Of a stretch of DNA of 64,000 bases, positions 11,709 through 29,552 are shown in pieces (the first letter of the stretch is position 1; each line of letters starts with the position of its first letter). The stretch comes from Scenedesmus sp. PABB004. Its lineage: Eukaryota. The stretch spans positions 434,001 through 498,000 of the forward strand of contig JABVCE010000002.1 of the NCBI GenBank assembly GCA_014905635.1, in the 5' to 3' direction. Below the pieces are notes generated by a model. The model had not been told where the DNA came from, made no database searches, and saw only the letters and a list, made by a program, of their open reading frames with translations. The translations under genes were made by a program, and so were the position numbers.

Positions 11709-12392
11709 CAGCTCGCGCCGGGCTCGCGCGGCGCTCGGCGATCGTCGCCCGTGCGCGCCCGCGACTCACCGTGGCCTGGGAGGGGTGGCGCGGGGACGCG
11801 TGCCGGAGCGCACGTCGCTGCTCGGCCGGGCCTGCACTCGCGCGCTGGAGCGGGCGCGAGGGGCGAGCGCGGGCGCGAGGAGTGTGGTGCGGCTCCGGGC
11901 AGGTGTGGGTGGCGCCGGCGGCGCGCGAGCGGGTCTCCCCTGGCAAAAGTGCACGGGGTTACGCAGCGATCCCGGCGCTTCGCCTCCCTCCTGCACGGCG
12001 GCTCCTTTCCGGCACTCGGGCTGGCGCGAGACCCCCGCTGGCTGTGTGACATGGTGCTCTCTCGCCGCGCGGGCACTGCGTCGCAGCCCTGGTCCTGGCC
12101 TGCTGACTCGCCGGCGGCGTGGGCTGGCCGGCGGCTGCGCACCTGCTGACGACGGGCCCGGCAGCCGCCGCCCCCGTCAGGTGCCCTGGGGAGCTCTCCG
12201 CGTGCTCCCGGCTGTGGCGGGCGGACACGGCGCACCGGCGCACGCTGCGGCACAGCACGCCTGCGCTGCCGGCCAGGCTCTGCCGACCCCCAGCCAGCAA
12301 CGCTCGGCGTCACCTCGGGCGCACGCGGTGCACACCCCGGGCCCGCGGCGGGCCTCGTCGGCCAGTCAGCGCGCGCACAGCAGTCCCGCCGC
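11709..12392 (-). repeat. Right arm of ~700 bp inverted repeat; spans the IPI1 stop/3'UTR and the upstream region of the orphan gene
   Basis: Reverse-complement match to 9135-9848; includes the last IPI1 codons (AAGLLCAR*). Confidence 0.95.
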
Positions 12393-15300
12393 GGCCTGCA
12401 GCTGCTGCACCTCCGCCAGCGCGGCGCCGCACCCCGTGCCCGCCGCCAGGCGCCGCGCCGCGGCCTCGAGCTCGCCCGTGAGCGCCGCGAGGCGCGCCTC
12501 CTGGCGCATGAGCGCGCCCCGCGCGCCCTGCAGCCCCAGCACGGCGCCCAGCGCGCGCGCCGCCACGCGCACGCCGGCATCGCCGCCCACGGCCTCCTGG
12601 CGCAGCTGCTCCACGAACGGCAGGGCCAGCGCCGGCACCGCCGCGAGCAGCGGCAGGACGGCCGGCAGGCAGGCGTCCAGCGCCGCCGCCTCGGGGCCCG
12701 GGCTGGTGACCGCCAGCCCCGCCGCGGTCAGCGCGACCGCGGTCGGCGCCGCCGCCGCTGGCTGGGCCTCGGCAGCCGCGGCCGCGATGCTGCTGCTGCA
12801 GAAGGCTGCGAGGGCGCCCGGCAGCAGGTCGGCCAGCGGCTCGGGCACGGCCGCGGCCGCCGCGCCCGCCCACTCGCAGCCGCTGCCGGCGGCGGCGCCG
12901 TGCCCGCTGGGCCGCCAGCAGCCCGCGCCGAGGGCTGCGAGGCTCAGGCAGCTGTAGCTGGCTGCCCGCAGCGCCGCCGGGTCGGTGCCGCCCTCGGCGG
13001 CCGCGGCCTGCAGCTGCTGCGCCACGGGCGGCGCCAGCAGGGCGAGCATGTCTGGCAGGGGGCCGTAGCCGTGCAGCCACCGGCACACGCCGTCCACCAG
13101 CAGCCGGTGCCGCGCGAAGCCGCCCCCGACGCTCGCGCCGCTCGCGCGGTCCACGCAGCGCGGCGCCGGTGCGAGCAGCGTCGCGGCAAAGCTCAGCGCC
13201 GCCTCGGGCGCCGCAGCGCGCGGCGTGGCCGCCAGCAGCACGTCCAGCAGCCGGGCCGCCGCGGCGTCGTCGTAGCTGGCCAGCCGCGCGGCGAGCGCCG
13301 CCGCGCGCAGCAGCGGCGGCTGCAGCTGTGGCAGGAAGGCCAGCGCGTCCACGCCCAGCGCCTGCACGTCCGGCGGCAGGCCCGCCAGCGGGCCCACGAG
13401 CACCGCCAGCGGCGGCGCGCCGCCGCCGCCAGCCTGCTGCGCGCGCGAGCGCTTGCCGCCGCCGGCCTGCAGCAGTGGCGTGGCCAGCAGCGCCGCGAGC
13501 TGCGGCTGCGCGGCCTGCAGGCGCTCGTGCACGAGCGAGCCGGGCTGCGCGAGGCGCGCCGCGTCAAAGAGCAGCCCCAGCAGCAGCCGGCTCGTGGCGG
13601 GCGCGCCGGTGCCGGCCTCCCAGAGCAGCTTGGGCGCGGCCGCCACCCAGTCCGCCACCGCGCCCTCCTGCACGGCGTCGGGCGGGCCGTCCTGCAGGAA
13701 GCGCCGCGCCAGCGCCAGCTGCAGCGCCAGGCACGCGCACGCGACCGCGCTGCCGCCGCCCGCTGGGGCGGGCGCCGCCAGCTGCCCCACCGCCGCCAGC
13801 AGCTGCTGGCGCGGCTGCGGCGGCAGCAGCGGCAGCAGCTGCTGCAGGCACTGCAGCACAATCAGAGTGCTGCTGCCCTGCTCCGCCGCCGCCTCCAGCT
13901 GCGGCTGCTGTGCTCCTTTCGCTGCCGGCCTGCTGCGGCCCGCGTGCTGCGCGCTGCCAGCCTGCTCCTCCAGCGTGGTGAGCGCCGATGTGGGCAGGCA
14001 GCTGCCGGTCGCCAGCACGTCTGCGCGTGCCGTCGCGCAGGCAGCGGTGTGGGTGGCCGTGAGCGCGTGGCGCGGCGCCGAGGCCCGCGCGCGCGGCGGG
14101 CGCGGCCGGCCGGCACTGGCCTGTGGCGCGCTGCACGCTCACCACACATGAACCCCAGCAGCCGGCCCTGCCAGTCGGCCTGCGCGGCCGCCGGGCCCAC
14201 GCGGCCGCGGCCGCCCTGCTGCGCCGGCGGCCACGCCACGCCCGCCGCCAGCAGCCCCGCCTGCAGCTGCATCGCCAGCAGGTTGAAGCGCGCCAGCAGC
14301 TCCGCCAGCGCCCCCGACACGCTCGCCGCCGGCGCGACCGCCGGGAACGCGCGCAGCAGCTTGGGCAGCACCAGCCCCGCGGCCTGGGCCAGCCACGCCG
14401 CCGTGTCGCGGTCTGTGACAAAGCCGGGGCAGAGCGGGGAGGCGGGGCCGGCGCCGCACGGCGCGCCGCCGCCGCCGCCCGCCGCGATGGGGCTGAGGCG
14501 CGTCAGCAGCAGCTGCGCGCAGGCGAGGATGTGGACGAGCGCCTGCGCCGACTCCTGCTCCGGCGCGCTCGACAGGCTGCCGGGCGCCGCCTCGGCCCAG
14601 CAGTCAAACAGCACGCCCAGGAGCTGCAGCGACTGCTGCTGCAGCGCCGCAGCCGAGCCGGGCGGCGGGGCGAGCGCCGGCGCGACGGGCGCGGCGCCGC
14701 CGCGGCCCCGGGGCCGGGCGCCGCGGCGGGCGCCGGCTGCGCCGCGCAGTACAGGCGCAGCAGCTCCGCCGCCGCCGGCGCGCGCGCCGCGGCCGGCGGC
14801 GGCGCCGCGCAGCGCGCCGCCAGCAGCGGGCCGGCCCCGTCGCCGGCGGCCCGCCGCGCCGGCTCGGGCGCGCCGCCGGGCGCCGCGGCCGCGGCGCCGC
14901 CGGCCAGCGCGGTCGCGAGGAAGCGCTCGAGGCTGGCGAGCACCTTGAGCAGCCCGGCGAGCGCCTGGCTCTTGACGCTCTTGCCGCGGTTGGTGCGCGA
15001 CAGCAGGCCCCCGTAGTGCGCGAGCGCCGCGCCCAGCGCCGCGTCGCCCGCGAGCAGGCGCGGCGCCGCGGCCGCGAGGGCCTCGAGCACGGCGAGCGCG
15101 TCGACGCGCACGTCGGCCGAGAGGTGCGTGAGCGCGGCGGAGAGGTGCGCGAGCAGCATCGGCAGGAACGGCGCGAGCGTGTCGGCGCCCACCGCCGGCA
15201 GCGCCGCGCCCCGCAGCGTCGCCAGCAGCGCCGCGCGCACGGGCGCCTCGCCGTCGCTGATGCGGCCCGCGAGCGCCTCGAGCAGCGGCGCCGCGTGCCG

Positions 15301-15731
15301 CCGCGCCTCGCCCGGGTGCGCCGCGAGCAGCTGCTGCAGCCCCGCCAGCGCGTCGCGGCGCGTGTGGGTGTTGTGGTGCGACAGCTGGCCCAGCAGCTCC
15401 TGCCACGGCGCAAGGCGGGGCGCGGCGCGGCTCGGCCTGCAGTGGCAGCGGCCAGGGCAGCGGCGGCGGCTGCGCGCCCACCGCCCACGCGCACCGCCGC
15501 CGCCCGCCGGCGGCGCCCGCTCACCTTGAGCGTGAGGTTTCGCTCGCTCACGGCCGCGCCCGCCTTGTCTGCGGCCAGGGACTGGCTGGGCAGGGTGATG
15601 CTGCGCGACTGAAAGTCCGTGCGCGTGTCATTGGCGGCCTTTGGCAGCTTCTTGCCGACCTTGTGCTTGACCTTGCGAAAGTCCACGCCCACGCCCGCGT
15701 TCTTGTGGTGCGCCTTCTTGTTCTTGGGCAT
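12366..15731 (-). CDS. IPI1: IPI1/TEX10 family Rix1-complex component (pre-rRNA processing)
   Basis: N-terminus DFRKVKHKVGKKLPKAANDTRTDFQSRSITLPSQSL then ELLGQLSHHN..RRDALAGL and LSAALTHLSADVRVDAL. Introns 15400-15524 and 14021-14142; apparent 1-bp frameshift near 14700. Confidence 0.9.
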
Positions 15732-16136
15732 CGTGCGCCGGCGGCTGCGGCCGCCGCCGGCTGCTGCTCGGCTGGCGGCGGCGACCGCGCCCCGCCCCTC
15801 ACGACCGCCTCACACGGCCGGACACAGGGCGGCTGCCGAACGCGCGCACCAGGGCGAGCGGCCCGCGTGCGCTGCAAGCAGCGGCTGCCGTTTGCTGCGG
15901 ACGGCCGTGCGAGCGGGCTCGGGTGCGGGAAGGGTATTTGCTGTCGGTGGTCGCAAAGCAGGCTGCGCGCGGCGGCTGTCACGCTGCCGGCAACTTGCGC
16001 GTTGCAACGAGCTCGTCGCCCGCACAACTGCCGCCTTGCGGACGACACACAGGCCGCCGTTCCGCCGCGAGCCGCCCACGCCGCGACGCCAGCGCGCCGG
16101 CAGCGGCACGCGCCTCCGCGCTGGGGGCACGCACGG

Positions 16137-16183
16137 CTAGCGCGCGCGCCGCCGCTTGGTCGCCCGCGGCGCGCCCCCACCGG

Positions 16184-16258
<75 letters not shown>

Positions 16259-17153
16259 GGAGCATGCCCGCCGCGGCCAGGATCAGGCGCTGCACGGCGA
16301 CGCGCTCCGCCGCCAGCTGCGCGCGCTCCGCCGCGAGCTCGGCGCGCGCGGCGTCGGTGCCTGCCACCTCGGCGCGCCAGGCCTCGGCCAGCGCGAGCCC
16401 CAGGTCGGGGTGGGTGGTCACGAGCGCGTGCAGCGCCGCGCCGTCGGCGCCGGCAAGGCGCTTGGCGACCAGCGCGGCCGCACGGAGGCATCCGCTCTGC
16501 CTGTCCGCGTCGGTGAAGGTCTGGGCTGCATCCATGCCCGCCGCCACCGCCCCCGCGAGCTGCGCCGCCGTGTGAGACGCCGCGCCGGCGTCGAGCAGCA
16601 GCCGCGTCACCTCCACTCGGCCCAGACCTGCCGCGATGTGCAGCGGTGTGCGGCCCTCGTCGTCTGCTGCGTCCACCGCCGCGCCGGCGCCCAGCAGCAG
16701 CCGCGCCGCCGCCAGCTGGCCGGCGTGGACGGCAACGTGCAGCGGCGTGCAGCATAAGTGGTTTGCTGCATCCACCGCCGCGCCGGCCTCCAGCAGCAGG
16801 CGCGCCGCGTCAAGCTGGCCAGTGCAGGCGGCGTGCTGCAGCGGCGTGCAGCCCTCGTGGTCTGCTGCGTCCACCGCCGCGCCGGCGCCCAGCAGCAGCC
16901 GCGCCGCCGCCAGCTGGCCAGCGCTGGCAGCAACGTGCAGCGGCTGCCAGCCCTTGTAGCCAGCTGCGTCCACCGCCGCGCCGGCATCCAGCAGCAGCTG
17001 TGTCGCCTCCACTCGGCCCAGACCTGCCGCGACGTGCAGCGGCGTGCGACCCTTGTTGCCTGCTGCGTCCACCGCCGCGCCGGCTGCCAGCTGCCGCTGC
17101 ACCGCGGCCACGTCGCCGGCGCGCGCCGCGGCGTGCAGCGGCGTGGCCACCAT
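16137..17153 (-). CDS. Intronless ankyrin-repeat protein, copy 1 (N-cap plus 5 repeats, coiled coil, polyQ, basic C-terminal tail)
   Basis: 33-aa / 99-bp repeats VDAAxxxGxTPLHxAAxxGQLxAARLLLxAGAA; ends ATKRRRAR*. Paralog at 43204-44579. Confidence 0.93.
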
Positions 17154-17605
17154 CGCGCTGCTGCTGCGCCCGCCCCGCCGCCGCTGCTGTGCCGCCAGCT
17201 GGCTGCGGGCGCGCTCGCGTCCCGCGCGTGCTGCTGGCCTCGCCACGGGCGGTGCGCAGGGCGCTGGGGGGGGGGGTGGCCCGTGCTGGAGCGTACGCCG
17301 CAGCAGCAGCGGCGCGCGCAGCGTCGGGCGGCCCTGGCGGCGCGTGGACCGGGCAAGGAAGAGGCACGGAGCAGCCGGGGAGCGGGGCCTTGGGCACGCT
17401 GGGGCCGCGTAACCGGCGGCACTGACGCGCGCGACGGGCGCCTGCGCGGCTGCCGGCGGCGGTGTGGCCGTGGCGGCGACGGCGGAAAAACCCAGGGGGG
17501 GGGGGGGGGGGGCTGCCGATTACTCTCACCGGCACCGCCGCTGGCCCGCGCCTGGCCCGGCACCAGGCTCGCGCCGCGCCGTGCACGCGCTCGCGCCACG
17601 CCGGG

Positions 17606-20600
17606 TCATCGTCGCTCGCCGCGGCCCGCCGCCGCGGCCAGCGCGTCCGCCACCCAGGCCGCGAGGTGCTCGCGCTGCACGGCGGTGCTCGCGCGGTCAG
17701 CCCACGCGTAGTAGGGCACGGCGACGAGCACGTAGCCCCGCGCCGCGAGCGCGGCGTTGCGGAAGAGCGTCGTGCGCGTGGGCGCGAGCCCTGCGCCCGG
17801 CGCGCCGCCGCCGCCGCCGCCGCCGCCGGACGCGAGGCTCGCCGGCCGCGCGCGGCTGACGCCGGTCGGTGGCGCGGGCCGGTCGGGCTCGCCGCGCGGG
17901 TCGGCCGCGCCGCCGGCCGCGCCGCCGCCGGCGCCCGCGCCGTCGGGGCCGGCCGCGCCGTGGCCGCCGCCGCCTTGCTCAGCGTCCAGGGGCGGCACGA
18001 GCAGGGAGTAGTGGTAGGGCCCGTCAAACTCGACCGCCAGGCGGCGCCCGCACGCGCTCGTGGCGGCCACGTCCACCGCGAAGAGCCCGTCGCGCGTGAC
18101 GTGCTCCAGCTCCACGCCCGTCACGCCCGGCAGGCCCGCGAGCGCGCGCTGCAGCGCGCGCTGCGACACCGACGGCCCGCTGCGCGGTGCGCCCGCGGGC
18201 GCCGCGGGCGCGTCGCTGCGCGAGTGGTGCAGCACCTGGGCGCGCCGCACGCCGGCGACCTCGGCCAGCTGCTGACGCGACAGCACGGCGGCGAGCCCCG
18301 CGTCGTCGCGCCACGCGCCGCCGCCGCAGAGCCACAGGTGCACCCACGCGAGCTGCGCGAGCTCTCGCGTGCGCAGCGCGCGCCACGCGTGCGGCGCAGC
18401 GAGCAGGCGGCACAGCTCCAGCACCTCCGCCCGGCAGGGCGCCGCGTCGAACAGCGCGGCCGCCCACGCGCCGAGGCTGGCGAGCCAGTAGAAGCTCTCT
18501 GGCCCGCCGCCGCCGCCGTCCATGATGCCCGAGTCGAGCGCCAGCAGCGCCGCGCCGTCGCGCCAGCCCCGCTCCTCGTCGCCGCCGCCCGGCGCCTGCG
18601 CGCCCGCGTCGGCGCCGCCGCCGCCGCCGCCGCCGGCGCCGTCGGCGTCGGCCGGGCGCTGCGCGAGCAGCGCGCGCAGCAGCTCCTGCACCTGCTCCGC
18701 CGGCAGCCCCGCGCCGTGCAGGCGCGGCGGCTCGCCGCCTTGGGGCGGGGGCAGCGCGCCCATGTTGGCCACGGCCCACAGCGCCTGACCGATCGCATAC
18801 GCCACCGGCGGCCGCGGCCGCGCGAGCAGCTGCGCCGCGAGCGCGCGCAGCGCGGCGTCGGGCAGCGTGAACCCCAGCGACGCCGCGCCCCACAGCAGGT
18901 TGCCGACCTCGACCGAGCTCAGCTGCGCGAGGCTGCCCGGCGCGAGCGCCGCGGCCGCGAGCGCCGCCATCTGGGACCGGCTCGTGCCCAGGCCCAGCAC
19001 GCCCAGGCCGGCGAGGAAGGTCGCGGCGTCCTTGGGCCCCGGCGACGCGCGCACAAACGCGTCGGTGAGCGGCACGCCCACGTGCAGCGGCAGCGCCGCC
19101 TCGTGGTAGCCCAGCGCGCGGACCAGCTCCGCCAGCGCCGCCGGCGGCAGGCGCGGCGCCGGCGCGGGCGCGGGCGCCTGCTCCTCCGCGCCGCCGCGCG
19201 CCGGCGGGCGCGCGCGCGCGGGGGCGCCGTCGCCGCGCGCCGCCGCCAGCGCGAGCACCAGGTCGGTGCCCTGCTGCAGCAGCTCGCGCATGCGCTGCTG
19301 CGGCAGCACCACGCCCAGCCGCGAGAGCGTGACCAGCAGCGGCGGCAGCAGCTCCGGCGCGCGCGGCGCGTCCCGCAGCATGGCCTGCACCAGCGGCGCC
19401 AGCAGGTCGCTCGGCAGGCGCTGCCGCAGGCAGGCCACGGCCTTGAGCACCGCCGCGGCGCGCTTCCCCGACAGGGCGGCGCCGGCCGCGTCGGGCATCG
19501 CCAGCACGAGCCGCACCAGCTCCTCCAGCTGCCCCGCCGGCGGCGCCGTGCCCATGAGCGACACCGCGCGCAGCGCCGTGAGCGCCGGCGGCGGCTCGCC
19601 CGCCGCCACGACCGGCGCCAGCAACGCCGCGACGGCGCCCGGCGCGAGCTGCACGCCCGCGTGCGCCGCCGAGCGCAGCACGCGCGCCGCCTCGCGCGGC
19701 GCGCACGCGCCGGCGTGCGCCGCCGCGTGCGCGGCCAGGCGCTCCATGTCGGCCGCGCCCAGCGAGGCCACGCCCGCCGCGCGCTCGTAGGCATCCAGCA
19801 AGTTGGTCACGTGCCGCACCGGCGCCGCGGGCAGGCGGCGCAGCAGGTCGCGCAGCGCCGTCGCCAGGAGCGCGCGCGCGGCGCCCGGCGGCACCTCCAC
19901 CCCGCTGCGCCGCGCGTGCACGAGCAGGCGGTGCGCGTCGGCGGCGCTGCACTGCTCCGCCGCCGCGGCGCCGCGCGCGAGCAGCGCCGCCATCGCCGGC
20001 TGCGGCACGGCCGCGCGGCCCGCCGCGTCGTGCAGGCCCAGCACGTGCCCCAGCGCCGCGGGCGGCGCCGGCTGCGGCGCCGCAAGCGTCAGCTCCAGCC
20101 CCCGCCCCAGCAGCGGCGCCAGCAGCGCGGCGTGCTGCGGCTGCTCCGCCAGCCCCGCGGCGGCCGCGGCGTGCACCCAGGTGCTCACGTCGTCGTAGCT
20201 GCAGCCGGCCGCGCGCGCCGCCGCGTGCCGCAGCAGCCGCTCCGCCGCCGCCGCCGGCAGCGGCGCACCCGCGGCCGCCCACCTGCGCGCCAGCGCGGTG
20301 CAGGGGCCCAGCGGCGTGCCGGTCGCCAGGCCCGCCAGAAGCTCCGCGAGCGCCGCCTCCAGCGCCTGCCGCGGCTCGGCGGGCGCCTGCGCGGCGGCGC
20401 CGCCCAGCCCGGGCTGCTGCTGGTGCCGCTTCTGCGGCTGCCTCTGCTGCCGCTGCACGGGGCGGCGCGGCGGCGGGCCGGCGAGCGCCGCGCCGGTCGA
20501 GGTGTGCAGCTGCGCGAGCTGGGGCGCGCCCGCCAGCTGCCCGCAGCCCGTGCCGGGCGCCGCGAGCAGGCCCGGCGGCGCGCCGCGCAGCAGCGCGAGC

Positions 20601-20801
20601 GCCGCCGGTGGCCACTGCTGGCTGCCGGGCGAGCAGGCCGCCAGCAGGCGCGCCAGCGCGGTGCAGCCTGCGCGAGGGCGGCGGTGTGCCGCGTGGGCGG
20701 GGGCGGGCGCTCGTCGGCGGCTGCCCGCTGCCGCCGCTGCTGCTGCCGTGCTGCCGGCGCCAGCGCGGCGCCGCCCGCCGCGCCTGAGACCGAGCCCCCA
20801 T
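17606..20801 (-). CDS. RAP-domain (FASTK/OPR-like) helical-repeat RNA-binding protein, probably organellar; start codon unresolved
   Basis: C-terminal EHVTRDGLFAVDVA..RLAVEFDGPYHY..TLFRNAALAARGYVLVAVPYYAW matches a RAP domain; OPR-like repeats (VEVGNLLWGAASLG, AIGQALWAVANMG). One open frame from 17606 to beyond 20458, but no clean in-frame ATG. Confidence 0.85.
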
Positions 20802-21099
20802 CGGCGCCGACCAGCGCTGCCTGCGCCCGGGCCGCGCTCAGCGCCGCGCCGGCCAGCGCGGCGGCGGCGGCGGCACGGGGGCCATGCTCGCGCGGCTGCG
20901 CGGCGAGCCTGCGTGGGCTGCTGCTCAGCGCTCGGGCTGTCAGGGAATGCACAGCCGCCGTGTGCAGAGAGCTGACGACCGCCGTCTGATCGCCGCGCGC
21001 GGTCCAGGGCTCAGCGAGCGCGGACGGCCCGCTTGCTCGGCGGCGCGCCGCCGCGGGACCCCCAACTCCCGGGCCCCCAACCTCCCAGTCTCCCAGCCC

Positions 21100-27438
<6,339 letters not shown>

Positions 27439-27619
27439 GGCGGTCGCGCTGTCGGGCGCGGCGCCGATCGGGGCGGCAGCAGCGCCGGCGCTCGCTGCTC
27501 GCGTTCAATTTGCGTGCCGGCGGCGGCGAAAAGGCTGGCGACGCCCGCCCCTCTGCGGCGCCACGGCGTGACTGCCGGGCGTCCTGTGTTGCCGGACAGG
27601 CCTCCCGGCACACCGCGCG

Positions 27620-29231
27620 CTAAACCTCGGCGCGCGCCTCAGAGCTTGGCGCTCGTGCCCCCGCCCGCGCCGCCGCCGCCGCCGCCGCCGGCGCCGTCCT
27701 CGTCGCCGTCGCCCGCCGGCGGCGCCCAGGGCTTGCCCGCGCGGCGCGCATCCACGCGAGCAGCGCGTCGGCGCTGCCCACGCGCTCCGCGCCCATGAGC
27801 ATCTCATGGTAGCCGCCCTCAACCTTGACCAGGGACACGTCGCTGCTCGACACGCCGCCCACAAAGCGCTCCACCGCCTGCGCCGCGGCGGCGGCGCGGC
27901 GGCGGCGCGGGGTGCCGCGGCTCTCAGCGCGCCGCGGCCCCGCGCGGGCGGCCACGGGGCGCGGCCACGGCGCGCGGCGGCGGGCGCGGCGCGGCGGCTG
28001 CGAGCGCACGTCGAGGCTGGTCACGGCGTCCCGCGTGCCGTGCACGGCGTAGATGGGCAGCACCACCTCCCCGCGCCGCGCGGCGAGGTGGTTCATCGCC
28101 TGCGCGCGCGCGCGGGCACGGGCACGGCGCGGCTCGGCGGCACGCGCGCGCGCGCCTGGGCGCCCGGGCGGCCGGGCGGCCGTGCAGCGGCCATGCAGCC
28201 GGCGCGCCTTGAGCAGCTGGTTGCCGGTCGCGACGCGCAGGTCGCCCTTGAAGATGAGCGGGTCGGACGTGAACGCCTCCACCTGCGCGGCGCGCGGCCG
28301 CGGCGGTCGGCGAGCGCGACGGCGCCGAACGCAGCAGCACGCGCGCGCGCGCGCCGCGCCCCGCCCCCGCACCACGGCGGCGTCGGGGTGCAGGTGCACC
28401 GGCTTGACCGCGGGCACGAGCTGCTGGCGCGGTATGACGCTGGCCAGCAGGTTGCCGACCAGGGCCTGCACGCTGCGCGCGGCGCGGCGGGCAGGCGCGT
28501 CGGCGGCCACCTCCCTGACGCTGCCCGCCCGCCGGCGCGCCCGGGCGCGCGCGCCGCCGCACCGCAGCACGGGCGTCCACACGACGCCCATCGCGCCCGA
28601 GAAGACCACCAGCCCCGCCCAGCGCTCCTGGCAGCGCAGGCACGCGAGCGCCACGACGAGCCCGCCCATGCTCTGGCCGCCGAGGAAGGTGCGGTCCGCG
28701 GGCAGCCGCCCCCCGGCGCGCTGCTCCACGACGCCCACAAAGGCGTAGAGGTCGTCGACCTGGCCGCGCCGTGTACGGCGGCGGTGAGCTGCGCGGCGGC
28801 GCCGCCGCCGCGCGATCGCGCGCCGCGGCCCAGGGCCGGCCCGGCGCGCCCCTGCGCCCGCGCGCGGCGCACCAGGTGGTTGTAGTCGGTGATGAGGCAG
28901 CGCAGGTGCGGCTCCGACGGCTCCGACCGGCCGTGCCCGTGCACGTCAAAGGTCGAGACCGCGACGCCCGCGGCCGCGAGGTGCTCAAACACTGCGCCGG
29001 CGTGCGCGGCGGCGGCGAGGTTGCCGGGCAGCCCTGGCCCCGGCCCCGGCCGCGGCGCGGCGCGGCGCGCGGGCGGCGGCGCGCACCCGGCGCGTAGCGG
29101 CCGCTGTGCTCGCACACGCCGTGGTGCCAGATGAGGCGCGCCCACGGCGGCGACGCCTTGGGTGAGAACTCCACACCGCGGAGCGTCTGGCCGCGGCCGT
29201 TCTCCCACTGAAAGTCGGTGCGCGTCGCCAT
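27620..29231 (-). CDS. Monoacylglycerol lipase / lysophospholipase-like alpha/beta hydrolase (Hydrolase_4 type)
   Basis: HHGVCEHSGRY, FDVHGHGRS, GQSMGG (nucleophile elbow), HGTRD and GGYHEML. A probable true C-terminus SAKL* (stop 27639) lies in a shifted frame. Confidence 0.92.
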
Positions 29232-29462
29232 GCCGCCGCCGCTGCTCCTGCGCACGCGGGCCCTGTGCCGGTGCGCTGCTTCCGGTGCGCGCGCGGGGCC
29301 GTCGACACGCCCGCCTCGCAGCGGAAACGCCCGCCTCGCAGCAGACGCCAGCTGAGCACAGCGAGCGGCGGCGCTGCTGCTCGCGGCGCGCTGCAGTTGC
29401 GGGCGAGCTGCGGCGCTGGGCGGGGTGCTGCGTTGTCGGAAGGACTGGGACTCTCGGCCAAC

Positions 29463-29467
29463 TTACA
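29463..29467 (-). promoter_or_regulatory. TGTAA poly(A) signal for the hydrolase gene 29553-31097
   Basis: TTACA on the + strand, ~85 nt past the minus-strand stop. Confidence 0.55.
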
Positions 29468-29552
29468 ACGGCAACTGCCGCCAGCCCCGGCCGGCAGAAC
29501 CCAGCGACGCTCACGCGCCGCTGCCACGCCCTGGCCGGGAGAACCCGGGCGC

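Noticed and set aside
9129..12398. Possible target-site duplication (CGCCTG / GGCCTG) flanking the inverted repeat
   Set aside because: Short, imperfect and GC-rich, so expected by chance; the right flank is IPI1 coding sequence.
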